NCBI GenBank assembly: GCA_963803705.1
Contig: CAWDNU010000004.1
Location: forward strand, 256,001 to 320,000
Direction of reading: 5' to 3'
Length of the DNA stretch: 64,000 nucleotides
DNA from: an uncultured Pseudobdellovibrionaceae bacterium
GTDB lineage: Bacteria; Bdellovibrionota; Bdellovibrionia; Bdellovibrionales; UBA1609
The notes beneath the pieces are model-generated. The model searched no databases, was not told the origin of the DNA, and saw only the letters and a list, made by a program, of their open reading frames with translations. A program made the position numbers and the translations under genes. Shown one piece after another: positions 40,575-49,552 of the stretch (within the stretch, counting starts at the first letter, position 1; each line of letters starts with the position of its first letter).

Positions 40575-41048
40575 AAAACACTAGTCATAAGTTCAAAAAT
40601 TTTTAGTTCTAATAGGCCTTGTTGAGCGTAACAATGCCTATTTGATATTTAAAAGCCGCTCGATTAAGCTCTTTTTGATCTAAGTATTTGAAGCTTCTAG
40701 TTTCACGCAGTGATTTTTGAGCCTTAGTAAACCTGAAATGCTTAGTATATTTATTTGCAGAGTAGTTTTGAAGCCAACCTAATTATTAAACATAATTTCA
40801 AGCTTTTATTTGTAAATGGAGTTACTCATTTTCATCTGCGGTAAAATACCTAGCGCTACTATCACTAAACCACTTATAGTGACTGCCCATCCATTTGAAA
40901 TAGCAAGCCTTTCTGGCTCACGTAGACTCACGTAGTAAGTAAACGGGGCCCAATGCTGGCTCCAACGTTAAAAATTTAGACACTTTTATTTAGGCCTTTT
41001 GAGCGATATTTCCTTTCAAGATGGCATAAACCTTGATACCTGGATGGT

Positions 41049-41642
41049 ATGAACAAAATAATTCAAATTTTAGTTATCTTATCCGGCTTCTGGGGTCTTA
41101 CAGCTTCTGCAGATTCTGAAAATTTATGTGTGAAACAACTAAGTTTGAAAATAGTTACTATGGATGATTTGGTCAGTCTGGATAACACGCTAGAGACACC
41201 ATTTATGTCCGTTATAGAGGCAAGCTACATAGAGCCCGCCTATTGGATGTTGTTTCACAAAAACTTGATCAATAAAGTAACTAAAAATTTAAGAGAAAAT
41301 TCGGACTATGTTTCTAATTTGCCCCCGGAGTATATTGGTATAATACTTCAAGTTTTTTACCGTTATCAAGAGCTTGCCTCTGCTAGTGGCTATGGTGGTA
41401 AGGCTGTGTTGACTGCGTTAACTGATCCCGAGATATTAACCCTTGCTGTCCTAGAATATAACGAAAACAAAAGCGTTCAGAGCGCTAAACAAGCGCTCAG
41501 ACGAATGCGAGAGATCAAACCTGCCGTAATACTTAGGTTTGAACGAACACTAAGACACATGGTTACCTTTCTACAAGCAAGTGGTGATTTCGAAGCCTCT
41601 TACCGTTTAATAGACATCATTAGTTTGCGAACACCTAGATAA
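41049..41642 (+). CDS. Secreted hypothetical protein
   Basis: Signal peptide ending ASA; sigma54-like TGGCATAAACCTTGAT 13 nt upstream. Confidence 0.6.
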   Translation: MNKIIQILVILSGFWGLTASADSENLCVKQLSLKIVTMDDLVSLDNTLETPFMSVIEASYIEPAYWMLFHKNLINKVTKNLRENSDYVSNLPPEYIGIILQVFYRYQELASASGYGGKAVLTALTDPEILTLAVLEYNENKSVQSAKQALRRMREIKPAVILRFERTLRHMVTFLQASGDFEASYRLIDIISLRTPR

Positions 41643-41694
41643 AATTGTTGGTTTATGTTTTTCTTAATGTAAAAAGTAACGTCTATCTTCTTAG

Positions 41695-42939
41695 TCAATC
41701 TAAAGAAACTATAGATATCTTATCGGCTCCAGTTATAGCTTTCCGGCGTGCTTCTTTTACGCTTCTGGCTTTTGCCAGACAGACCCCCATTCTTCTGTGA
41801 ACTCTGGCCTCTGGTTTACCGAATAATCGCACGTCTACATTCTTTTTTGAAAGAGCTTCGTCGACTCCGACATAGGTAAAATTTTTAGAATTTATATCAG
41901 ACAGTACCACTGCAGACGCACAGGGGCCAAATGTTTCAATTTCGGGAATGGGTAGACCTAAAACTGCTCTAGCATGCAAATCAAACTCTGATAAATTTTG
42001 CCCTATCAATGTTACAAGGCCAGTGTCATGAGGACGAGGAGATAGCTCAGAAAAATAGACGTCACTTTTCGTTAAAAAGAACTCGACTCCAAATAAACCA
42101 GACCCACCTAATTCATCAGTGATTTTCTTTGCCATCAGTTTAGCTTTTTTAAGTTGTTTTTCACTGATTTTAGCAGGCATCCAACTTTCCTGATAGTCAC
42201 CACGGACTTGCCTATGCCCAATCGGATCAACAAAAATAGTTTTAGCATTTTTTTGCTTTACCGTTAGTAAAGTAATTTCACTTTCAAATTCGATAAATTC
42301 TTCAACAATAACTTTTTTGATTTTGCCGCGCATCCCTTGCATGGCAAATAGCCATGCATTTTTTAAGTCACTTTTTGTCTTTACTATTGATTGACCTTTT
42401 CCCGAAGAAGACATCACAGGTTTAACTACACAGGGAAATCCTATATCTGCACTTTTCGTTTCAAAATCCTTAAAGTTTTCGGCATACTCATATTTGGCAG
42501 TCTTAAGTTTAATTTTCTTACTGGCTAAATCGCGGATCGCGTCTCGATTCATTGTCAAGTGAGCGGCCCTTGCTGTCGGCACCACCTGAACACCTTGGGA
42601 TTCAAAATGCCTTAGTTCTTCGGTACACAGTGATTCAATTTCTGGAACAATTATATCAGGTTTATATTTTAAAATTGTGGCTTTAAGCGCCTTTGGGTTC
42701 AGCATGTCGATGACCTCAAAGGCATGGGCCACTTGCATAGCAGGCGCATCTTTATACTTATCAACCGCAACAGTATAAAAACCTAATTTTTGACAAGATG
42801 TTAAAAACTCTTTACCAAGCTCGCCAGAACCTAAAACCATAATTCTTTTCAGAAACCTATCGCTCTTCGCTTTAATTTTTTTTCTTACACTTTTTTTTAA
42901 TTCTATTTTTTTTTGGGACATAGGGACTCGAATTAACAT
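41695..42939 (-). CDS. purT: Formate-dependent phosphoribosylglycinamide formyltransferase
   Basis: LGSGELGKE, KPVMSSSGKGQS, GDYQESW, SELSPRPHDTG, RRMGV. Confidence 0.96.
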   Translation of the reverse strand: MLIRVPMSQKKIELKKSVRKKIKAKSDRFLKRIMVLGSGELGKEFLTSCQKLGFYTVAVDKYKDAPAMQVAHAFEVIDMLNPKALKATILKYKPDIIVPEIESLCTEELRHFESQGVQVVPTARAAHLTMNRDAIRDLASKKIKLKTAKYEYAENFKDFETKSADIGFPCVVKPVMSSSGKGQSIVKTKSDLKNAWLFAMQGMRGKIKKVIVEEFIEFESEITLLTVKQKNAKTIFVDPIGHRQVRGDYQESWMPAKISEKQLKKAKLMAKKITDELGGSGLFGVEFFLTKSDVYFSELSPRPHDTGLVTLIGQNLSEFDLHARAVLGLPIPEIETFGPCASAVVLSDINSKNFTYVGVDEALSKKNVDVRLFGKPEARVHRRMGVCLAKARSVKEARRKAITGADKISIVSLD

Positions 42940-43042
42940 AACTATTGAAAATCAACAAGATTACCCGATAATTGAGTTGATATTTAAATGCGATCCAAGT
43001 TTTTAGATTGTATTTAAATATCAATTCAATTTAGGAGCCTAA

Positions 43043-43357
43043 GTGTTAGTTAGTAATATCGAGTCGATCCCGGGAAAAGAAATTCAAAGCCACTTCGGAG
43101 TAGTACAAGGCAGCAGTGTAAGAGCTAAACATGCTGGTCGTGATTTTATGGCTGGTTTAAAAAATATTTTTGGCGGTGAATTGAAAGGTTACACAGAGCT
43201 TTTAAACGAATCCAGAGACGAAGCGTTGAACCGCATGATTCAGATGGCACAGCAAAAAGGCGCGAATGCTGTGGTGAACGTCAGATTTTCAACTTCTGCC
43301 ATCGCCCCAGGTGCCGCAGAAATATTTGCTTACGGAACGGCCGTAAAGGTTATTTAA
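43043..43357 (+). CDS. YbjQ/UPF0145 family protein
   Basis: GRDFMAGLKNIFGGELKGYTELL, GANAVVNVRF, AYGTAV. Confidence 0.92.
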   Translation: MLVSNIESIPGKEIQSHFGVVQGSSVRAKHAGRDFMAGLKNIFGGELKGYTELLNESRDEALNRMIQMAQQKGANAVVNVRFSTSAIAPGAAEIFAYGTAVKVI

Positions 43358-43358
43358 C

Positions 43359-43838
43359 ATGATCGCTCTTGTTATTATATTCACCCCGATACTGTTGGGA
43401 TTAGTTTTTGGTAAGTGGACTGAAAATAAACACCTGCAAAGTATCTTATATCGCGAGGCTAAGCTAAGTTCTTTGCCATGGCGTAACACTGGCAAAAAAG
43501 AAAAGTTTAATGAATTTAATGGTGTGATGGTGACTGGCTCAGTAGTAGTCGGCCAAGATGCATTTAAAGCTTTTTTGTCTAATATTTCATTTATATTTGG
43601 TGGCCGTGTAACGCCCTACGAGTCACTCATGGAAAGAGCCCGCAGAGAAGCAATTTTAAGACTTAAAGAAAAAGCTAAGGCTTTAGGTGCAAAAGAAGTT
43701 GTATATATCCGCATGGAAACTACAAACATCCAGGCGGCTCAAAATAAAAGAGGCGCAGGTTCAATTGAAGTTTTTTGTTTTGGAACAGCTTTGCTGAGCA
43801 AGACTGCAGTTAAAGCAAATCCACTTTTTTTAAACTAG
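43359..43838 (+). CDS. Membrane-anchored YbjQ-like protein
   Basis: N-terminal TM, FGGRVTPYESLMERARREA, FGTA. Confidence 0.85.
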   Translation: MIALVIIFTPILLGLVFGKWTENKHLQSILYREAKLSSLPWRNTGKKEKFNEFNGVMVTGSVVVGQDAFKAFLSNISFIFGGRVTPYESLMERARREAILRLKEKAKALGAKEVVYIRMETTNIQAAQNKRGAGSIEVFCFGTALLSKTAVKANPLFLN

Positions 43839-43859
43839 TTTCTTCAAATAGGTTTTTTC

Positions 43860-44690
43860 GTGGATAACAATAACTCTGACAGTGACAAATGCATATCCAA
43901 GCCGGAATTTAAACCAAGCTCACCAGAACCTTTCGATATTAATATCTCTGATCTATCCGGGTACAGTACACTATCTAAGTCCATTGGCGGCATCGTGGTT
44001 CTGCTGCTGGCTATTTATTTATTAACCAGGGCGCTTATAAATCTTTCTCCTTATTTAGTTTCTGTAGAATTGGAAAATCGTATTTTTAAAAACACACACA
44101 AGATGATGTTTAAAAATGCTTATTTATCTAAGCCGCTCACCCAATTTGCAAAAAAGTTGGTACCAGAAAATAAGCAGGTTGAAGTCTTTAGAGTGGACTT
44201 AGGGATAGCCAACGCCTTTTGCTTTTTAGGCAATAAACTTTTCATCACCAATGAACTGCTTGCAAATATTCAGTCTGAAAATGAATTGGCATTTATTATA
44301 AGTCACGAATTGGGACATGCGAAAAACAGGGATAATCTGAAAAATCTAAGCGTATATTTGGTAACGGGAATGCTATTTAGCTTTGTCGACTTTTTAAAAC
44401 CCACGTCACAGTATTTAGCATTAGGTTACAGTAGATCAATGGAAGCAAAAGCCGACAAATTTGCGCTTGAATCCACAAGAAAAATGTACGGACATACGAA
44501 CGGTGTTGAGACATTTTTTGAACGGCTAAAAAAACTGAAGTTAAACGCCGCTGAAAACAGTTTTGCCGGCGAGTACCTTTCAACCCATCCTGCGATTGAA
44601 AAACGAATTGAACTTATTAAGAAAACTCAAAGTTTAGATTTTGGCAGAGCTATTTCCAGGAAAGACTCTTATATATTTAAGAAGCTTTGA
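43860..44690 (+). CDS. M48 family metallopeptidase
   Basis: ANAFC, HELGH, YSRSMEAKAD, LSTHP. Confidence 0.9.
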   Translation: MDNNNSDSDKCISKPEFKPSSPEPFDINISDLSGYSTLSKSIGGIVVLLLAIYLLTRALINLSPYLVSVELENRIFKNTHKMMFKNAYLSKPLTQFAKKLVPENKQVEVFRVDLGIANAFCFLGNKLFITNELLANIQSENELAFIISHELGHAKNRDNLKNLSVYLVTGMLFSFVDFLKPTSQYLALGYSRSMEAKADKFALESTRKMYGHTNGVETFFERLKKLKLNAAENSFAGEYLSTHPAIEKRIELIKKTQSLDFGRAISRKDSYIFKKL

Positions 44691-46452
44691 ACTTGATGCC
44701 TACGAAACCGCTTTGGGTGGTTCTTACAATATTTGCCTTAAACTGCTTTTTTTTCTCTTTACCGTAAATCAAATTTAAGACTAGCGAGTTAGTTGCAGCA
44801 CCTAGTTTATAAGCTCCAACGTCGCCTAGTATCTGAACGCCTGCTCCTGAAGTTGAAATATCTCTAACATTAACGGGCAAAACCCAACCATTTTCCAAGA
44901 TCATTTGCCCGGGCAAATCTATAATTTTTCGATCCTGTACCCTGTTGTTCAGCTTGTGAAACTTGTGTCTAAAAAATACGATCATTGCCAGTGGTAGCAA
45001 CAAAAACAGTATGCTGAAACTTACACCTGATTTTTGAAAGCTAGATGACGTACTTTCACCCTGTTTAAAAAGGTTTTTATTTTGATCTTCATAGAACTCA
45101 GCCATTCGTCCGCAACCTAAGCCAGAGCTAGAACTATTTGAAGACGCTAAACCTCGGGTGCCCTGGCTATATAAGGGTGTATAATCGGGCTGAAAAGTAG
45201 CGACTGCAGTTTGGTCCAAAGCTTCAAGAATTGCGCTTTCAAAGTTTATACGGCGACTACTTTTAACGAACATCGAATGGCTGGATCTGTAATCACCTTG
45301 TTCTAGAATTAATTCCTTAATTTGAAATCCCGATAAATTGGGTGCAACAGAGACAACCAGTGCCGCTAGACCTGACACAAATGGAGCAGACATGCTTGTT
45401 CCAGACATCGAAATAAACTGCCCATCAAGGCCAGTGCTGGCAATACCAACTCCTGGTGCAAAAATATCGACAGTATTTGGTCCAAAGTTCGAAAATGAGG
45501 CCCAGTTGTCGGAGCTTGTAGATGCGGCTACACTAATAAGGCTAGGAACATCCAACGAGGCCGGGTAAATTGCATCCCTGTCATTGCTGGAGCTACTGTT
45601 TCCAGCTGCTGCTACAATTACCACACCATCATCATAAGCATCGTTAAAAACTGCGTGAAGTGTCGAAGAGTAATTAGGGCCTCCCCACGAATTATTTATA
45701 ACCTTGGCCCCGCGAGCAAGAGCATAGTTAATAGCTTCTATCGCATCAGATGTTTTTCCTATGCCATTATTTAAAAATCTCAAGGGTAAAATTCTGATGT
45801 GTGGTGTCTCGTTTTGGTTAACATTAAAGATATCTTCTGAAGACCCTAAAACTATTCCCGAAACATGAGTGCCGTGTCCAGTGTCATCACTTACTACATT
45901 TGTGTTGTTTACAAAATTCCACCCATTTACGTCATCAATAAAACCGTTGCCATCGTTGTCGATTCCGTCTCCTGGAATTTCACCTGAGTTTACGAAAATA
46001 CGTGATGAATTTTGATAGACTGGGTGACTCAGGTCAATACCTGAATCAACAATAGCTACAATCGGAGTCTGATCAATATCATCAGCCGCAGCCAGAAGCC
46101 CCCAAGATTCAGGGGCTCTTATCGGCGCGGATGTCATTGTATTTGGAAGATCACTGGCATAGACATAAAAATTGGGTTCAGCGAATTCAACATTAGGATC
46201 CTCTTTTAAACTTCGAATCACTTCATTTAAATTATCACCGTCTTTTGCTTTAAAGTGGTGTAAGTTAAGCTTAGACCACGATTTTTGGCTCTTTAGCTGG
46301 TGTTGGGCCGCCAGTTTACCTTGTATAGCAAATGAGTTTCGATTTTTCTTAAATTTTACGATCAGCTCGCCTGGCACCGCATCCTTAGAATTGTAGGCAT
46401 TAGAATATGTGCAAACAAACAGGATCAGGAGCATTATCAGAATTCTTAGCAT
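44677..46452 (-). CDS. S8 subtilisin-like protease with C-terminal TM helix and PilZ domain
   Basis: Triad VDSG, HGTHVSG, GTSMSAP; TM FSILFLLLPLAMIVFF; PilZ motifs RVQDR and DISTSG. Confidence 0.88.
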   Translation of the reverse strand: MLRILIMLLILFVCTYSNAYNSKDAVPGELIVKFKKNRNSFAIQGKLAAQHQLKSQKSWSKLNLHHFKAKDGDNLNEVIRSLKEDPNVEFAEPNFYVYASDLPNTMTSAPIRAPESWGLLAAADDIDQTPIVAIVDSGIDLSHPVYQNSSRIFVNSGEIPGDGIDNDGNGFIDDVNGWNFVNNTNVVSDDTGHGTHVSGIVLGSSEDIFNVNQNETPHIRILPLRFLNNGIGKTSDAIEAINYALARGAKVINNSWGGPNYSSTLHAVFNDAYDDGVVIVAAAGNSSSSNDRDAIYPASLDVPSLISVAASTSSDNWASFSNFGPNTVDIFAPGVGIASTGLDGQFISMSGTSMSAPFVSGLAALVVSVAPNLSGFQIKELILEQGDYRSSHSMFVKSSRRINFESAILEALDQTAVATFQPDYTPLYSQGTRGLASSNSSSSGLGCGRMAEFYEDQNKNLFKQGESTSSSFQKSGVSFSILFLLLPLAMIVFFRHKFHKLNNRVQDRKIIDLPGQMILENGWVLPVNVRDISTSGAGVQILGDVGAYKLGAATNSLVLNLIYGKEKKKQFKANIVRTTQSGFVGIKFKAS

Positions 46453-46459
46453 ACCAAAC

Positions 46460-46487
46460 TATTCGGCTAGACTAGACTAAGAACTTA
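46460..46487 (-). promoter_or_regulatory. FliA (sigma28)-like promoter
   Basis: TAAG-N16-GCCGAATA ending 7 nt before the ATG. Confidence 0.6.
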
Positions 46488-46591
46488 AAAAAAAACTTAG
46501 GAAAACGAATTAAATTGAGACATTCTAAATTTTCTTAAGAATGGTTGTTCAGAAACAACTAATGCATCATCGACCTAAAAAAAATTAAGAC

Positions 46592-48148
46592 TTAATTGTT
46601 CGAATTTAACATTGGGTTAATTTTAACGTTAATTTTCTCTCTTTGAGCCTCAAACCAATTACCTAAAGCGTAATTTTGTCTTTGACCGGAAAGAGCTTGA
46701 TATTCTGGGTTCGGATCAAGATCCATATCAAATTGACGTCTTTTGATTAAATAAGCTTTGCCCTCATTAGAAACAACCTCTGGGTAAATTTCACCATCTG
46801 TTTTCAAAGTAAGAATTTTTTCAAAGATTATATCTGCTTGACCCAAACCTGGTATGGATTCTGAGCTCAATTTAAATTCCGGAGCAGATTGCCATTTTAA
46901 GCCAAGTTTTCCCATGATCTGGTTCAATTGGACTGAAGACCCGGCCGCTGTTTTGATTTTTTCAACAACCAGGTCTGCTTGGTCAGAGCGAAGTAATTCC
47001 TTAGTAACTTGCATTTTAACATCCTCAAATCCACTTTTAGAGCCAAGTTTTTTTTCTTCCACAAGCAAACGCGCCCATCCCTGTTCAACTTTAAATGGAG
47101 CAGAAATTTCCCCTGGCTGTAACGAAAAAGCCACCTCATCCCATGCTTTGTCGAAAGTACCTTTTTCAACATAGCCAAGGTCTCCTCCAAACTTAGAGGT
47201 AGGGTCATCTGAAATCTCCTTAGCAATTTCGGAAAAGTTTTCTACAGTTAACTTATCAGTTTTATCGATTAGCTTTTTTCTCGCAATGTTAAAATCTTCA
47301 GGCGAGCCACCGTTAGCAACTACAAGTAACCACTTTGCTTTGATCTTGTCCTTAGACTGATATTTAAAAGCCTGTTGCTCGTAAAGAGCTTTTGCTCTGG
47401 CCTGGATTTTTTCATCCTTAAGTGCTTTTTTAACGTCTTCAGTTGATGGGTTGATATTTTTAACCAGGCTGGCTTTAGACAAGTCTACATAATCCATCTT
47501 AATTTTAAAGTCTAAAAGCTGACTGTAAATTGTCTTTTCAGCATTATTTGCAACAAATGCTTTAGAAAAAAGATCACGAACAATACCTAAACGTAAGTCT
47601 TTTTTGATTCTTTCTTCAAGTGCACCAGCACTCATGCCCGAATTTGCTAGATAATTTTCGTACAAGTCACGCTGAAATTTACCTTTTTCTTGAAAAGCAG
47701 GGATATCCATAATGGTCTGCGCCAAAAGCCCGTCCGAAATATATAAGCCTTCATCGTCTCGAACCTCCGTTAGTAACTCGGCATTAATTAGTTCGTTTAA
47801 TGCTTGAGACTGAAAAAACTGCTTAAACTGATCGCTGCCGTTAGGTAAAAATGCTCGGCTCTGCTCTTCTAATTGCTGTGTTCGCTGTTGCAGCTGAAGG
47901 ATGGGGATCACTTTACCACCAACAGTTGCAGCCGTTGCACTACCAGAAAGAGAACCACCACCGTTTGGAGTCATAAAAACAAAACTCATTATAATCATCC
48001 CAAAAATTATTGCTGTAACAGCAAAGGTAAAAACACTTTTGTTACTTTCAGGGCGTCGTAATCTTTGGAATATGTTTCGCTTCATTTTTTTTTCCTCGTT
48101 ATGATTTAAAAATAATGCCTTAGTTTTTGATTTTAATAAAGATTTCAC
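46592..48148 (-). CDS. ppiD: PpiD/SurA-like periplasmic chaperone-PPIase
   Basis: N-terminal TM, SurA N-domain IPAFQEKGKF, rotamase ISDDPTSKFGGDLG. Confidence 0.8.
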   Translation of the reverse strand: MKSLLKSKTKALFLNHNEEKKMKRNIFQRLRRPESNKSVFTFAVTAIIFGMIIMSFVFMTPNGGGSLSGSATAATVGGKVIPILQLQQRTQQLEEQSRAFLPNGSDQFKQFFQSQALNELINAELLTEVRDDEGLYISDGLLAQTIMDIPAFQEKGKFQRDLYENYLANSGMSAGALEERIKKDLRLGIVRDLFSKAFVANNAEKTIYSQLLDFKIKMDYVDLSKASLVKNINPSTEDVKKALKDEKIQARAKALYEQQAFKYQSKDKIKAKWLLVVANGGSPEDFNIARKKLIDKTDKLTVENFSEIAKEISDDPTSKFGGDLGYVEKGTFDKAWDEVAFSLQPGEISAPFKVEQGWARLLVEEKKLGSKSGFEDVKMQVTKELLRSDQADLVVEKIKTAAGSSVQLNQIMGKLGLKWQSAPEFKLSSESIPGLGQADIIFEKILTLKTDGEIYPEVVSNEGKAYLIKRRQFDMDLDPNPEYQALSGQRQNYALGNWFEAQREKINVKINPMLNSNN

Positions 48149-48192
48149 AGTATAATAAATAGTAATGGAGCTGCGCAGGGAAAATGAAGTAA

Positions 48193-49011
48193 GTGTATAC
48201 TAATTTTGATATTAGACGTTTTTTTGGGTTTATCTTAATTGTGGTCATTCCATTGATGACCTACAACCTAGAAGAAAATAGGTGGCAAGTGGCACATAGG
48301 CCGTTTACAGCCTCTGCACACTTTCTAATTGATTCTTTTTACAACTTCACCCAAAGCACAATTGGAACCGCTACTGATTATGTAGATCTTTTAGGCTTAA
48401 AAAAACAGCATCAGGAGTTCCGAAAACAGCTGGCTCTTCAAAAGGCCCGGATCGCAGGCTATGAATCTTTGAAATTAGAAAATGAAAAGCTGCGCACAGC
48501 ATTGGGCTTAATCCAGGACAGTCCATACAAGCTTGAGCTTGCAGAGGTCTTAAGCTTCGACGCATTACCTGATATGAGGTCTATTATTATCAATAAGGGT
48601 AGTGATCACGGCATTGAAAAAGAGATGGGGCTGCTAAGTGAGTCTGGCAATGTGGTTGGCTACATAATCCAAACTCTGAGCAAGACAAGCACAGCCCTTC
48701 TAATAACTGATAGGTACTCTGTCGTGGATGCTATGACCCAACGGTCTCGTTTCCGGGGTCTACTTGAGGGTCGAAGCGCCTACAGTTTGAGGCTTGAAAA
48801 CTTTAGGCGAGCTGATGATGTATTAAAGGGAGATTTGATTGTTACCAGCCCCTTTGGTCGAATGTTTCCAAAAGGGCTGCCAATCGGAATCGTAGAAAGT
48901 GCTAAGAACGACGCTTTCAACATAAATAAAAAGATTGTGGTTAAACCCTTACAGAGTCTAAACAAATTAGAGCGCGTTTTGGTCATCAAAAACTTTAATA
49001 AGGACTCTTAA
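48193..49011 (+). CDS. mreC: Rod shape-determining protein MreC
   Basis: LENEKLRTAL, IINKGSDHGI, GDLIVTS..GRMFPKGLPIG. Confidence 0.92.
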   Translation: MYTNFDIRRFFGFILIVVIPLMTYNLEENRWQVAHRPFTASAHFLIDSFYNFTQSTIGTATDYVDLLGLKKQHQEFRKQLALQKARIAGYESLKLENEKLRTALGLIQDSPYKLELAEVLSFDALPDMRSIIINKGSDHGIEKEMGLLSESGNVVGYIIQTLSKTSTALLITDRYSVVDAMTQRSRFRGLLEGRSAYSLRLENFRRADDVLKGDLIVTSPFGRMFPKGLPIGIVESAKNDAFNINKKIVVKPLQSLNKLERVLVIKNFNKDS

Positions 49012-49015
49012 AATT

Positions 49016-49546
49016 ATGCAATCCAATACAATGCTAAGTTTAATACATTTCTTAACTTATGGTTTTATCGTGTCTATTTGCTTAGCGGTTCAAGGTGTGG
49101 TTTGGCCCGCCTTTAATTTGCCCGAACCTCAACTATGGCTGTTACCATTTGCCTTTATTATATTATATCAGAGCTTTTGGTTTGGTATTTTTTTCGTTTA
49201 CCTGACTTCAGTCGTAATCACAGGCTTTTCTGTGATGCCCTTTGGTATGTGCCTGGCCATTCTTATGATCCTGTTCATTATAATACAGTTTTTTAAACAA
49301 AGATTTTTTTGGCCCGAGTTTTCATTCTATTTTTTAGTATCTTTAAGTATTGGGTTTTTATTTCCTGTTCTTCATTTTTTACTTTCCGTTTCATCTAGAA
49401 ATACGCCAACAATTATTAAACCAGATTTTTTGGAATGGATTTATCAACCTCTTATGATAAGCGCTATGTCTATTATTCTTTTTTTCCTGTGCCGAAAGAT
49501 TGATAAGATGCTTAAAGTTAACGAAATTAATTTAAGCCGACTTTAA
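49016..49546 (+). CDS. mreD: Rod shape-determining protein MreD
   Basis: Multi-TM protein between mreC and mrdA. Confidence 0.7.
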   Translation: MQSNTMLSLIHFLTYGFIVSICLAVQGVVWPAFNLPEPQLWLLPFAFIILYQSFWFGIFFVYLTSVVITGFSVMPFGMCLAILMILFIIIQFFKQRFFWPEFSFYFLVSLSIGFLFPVLHFLLSVSSRNTPTIIKPDFLEWIYQPLMISAMSIILFFLCRKIDKMLKVNEINLSRL

Positions 49547-49552
49547 CCATGA

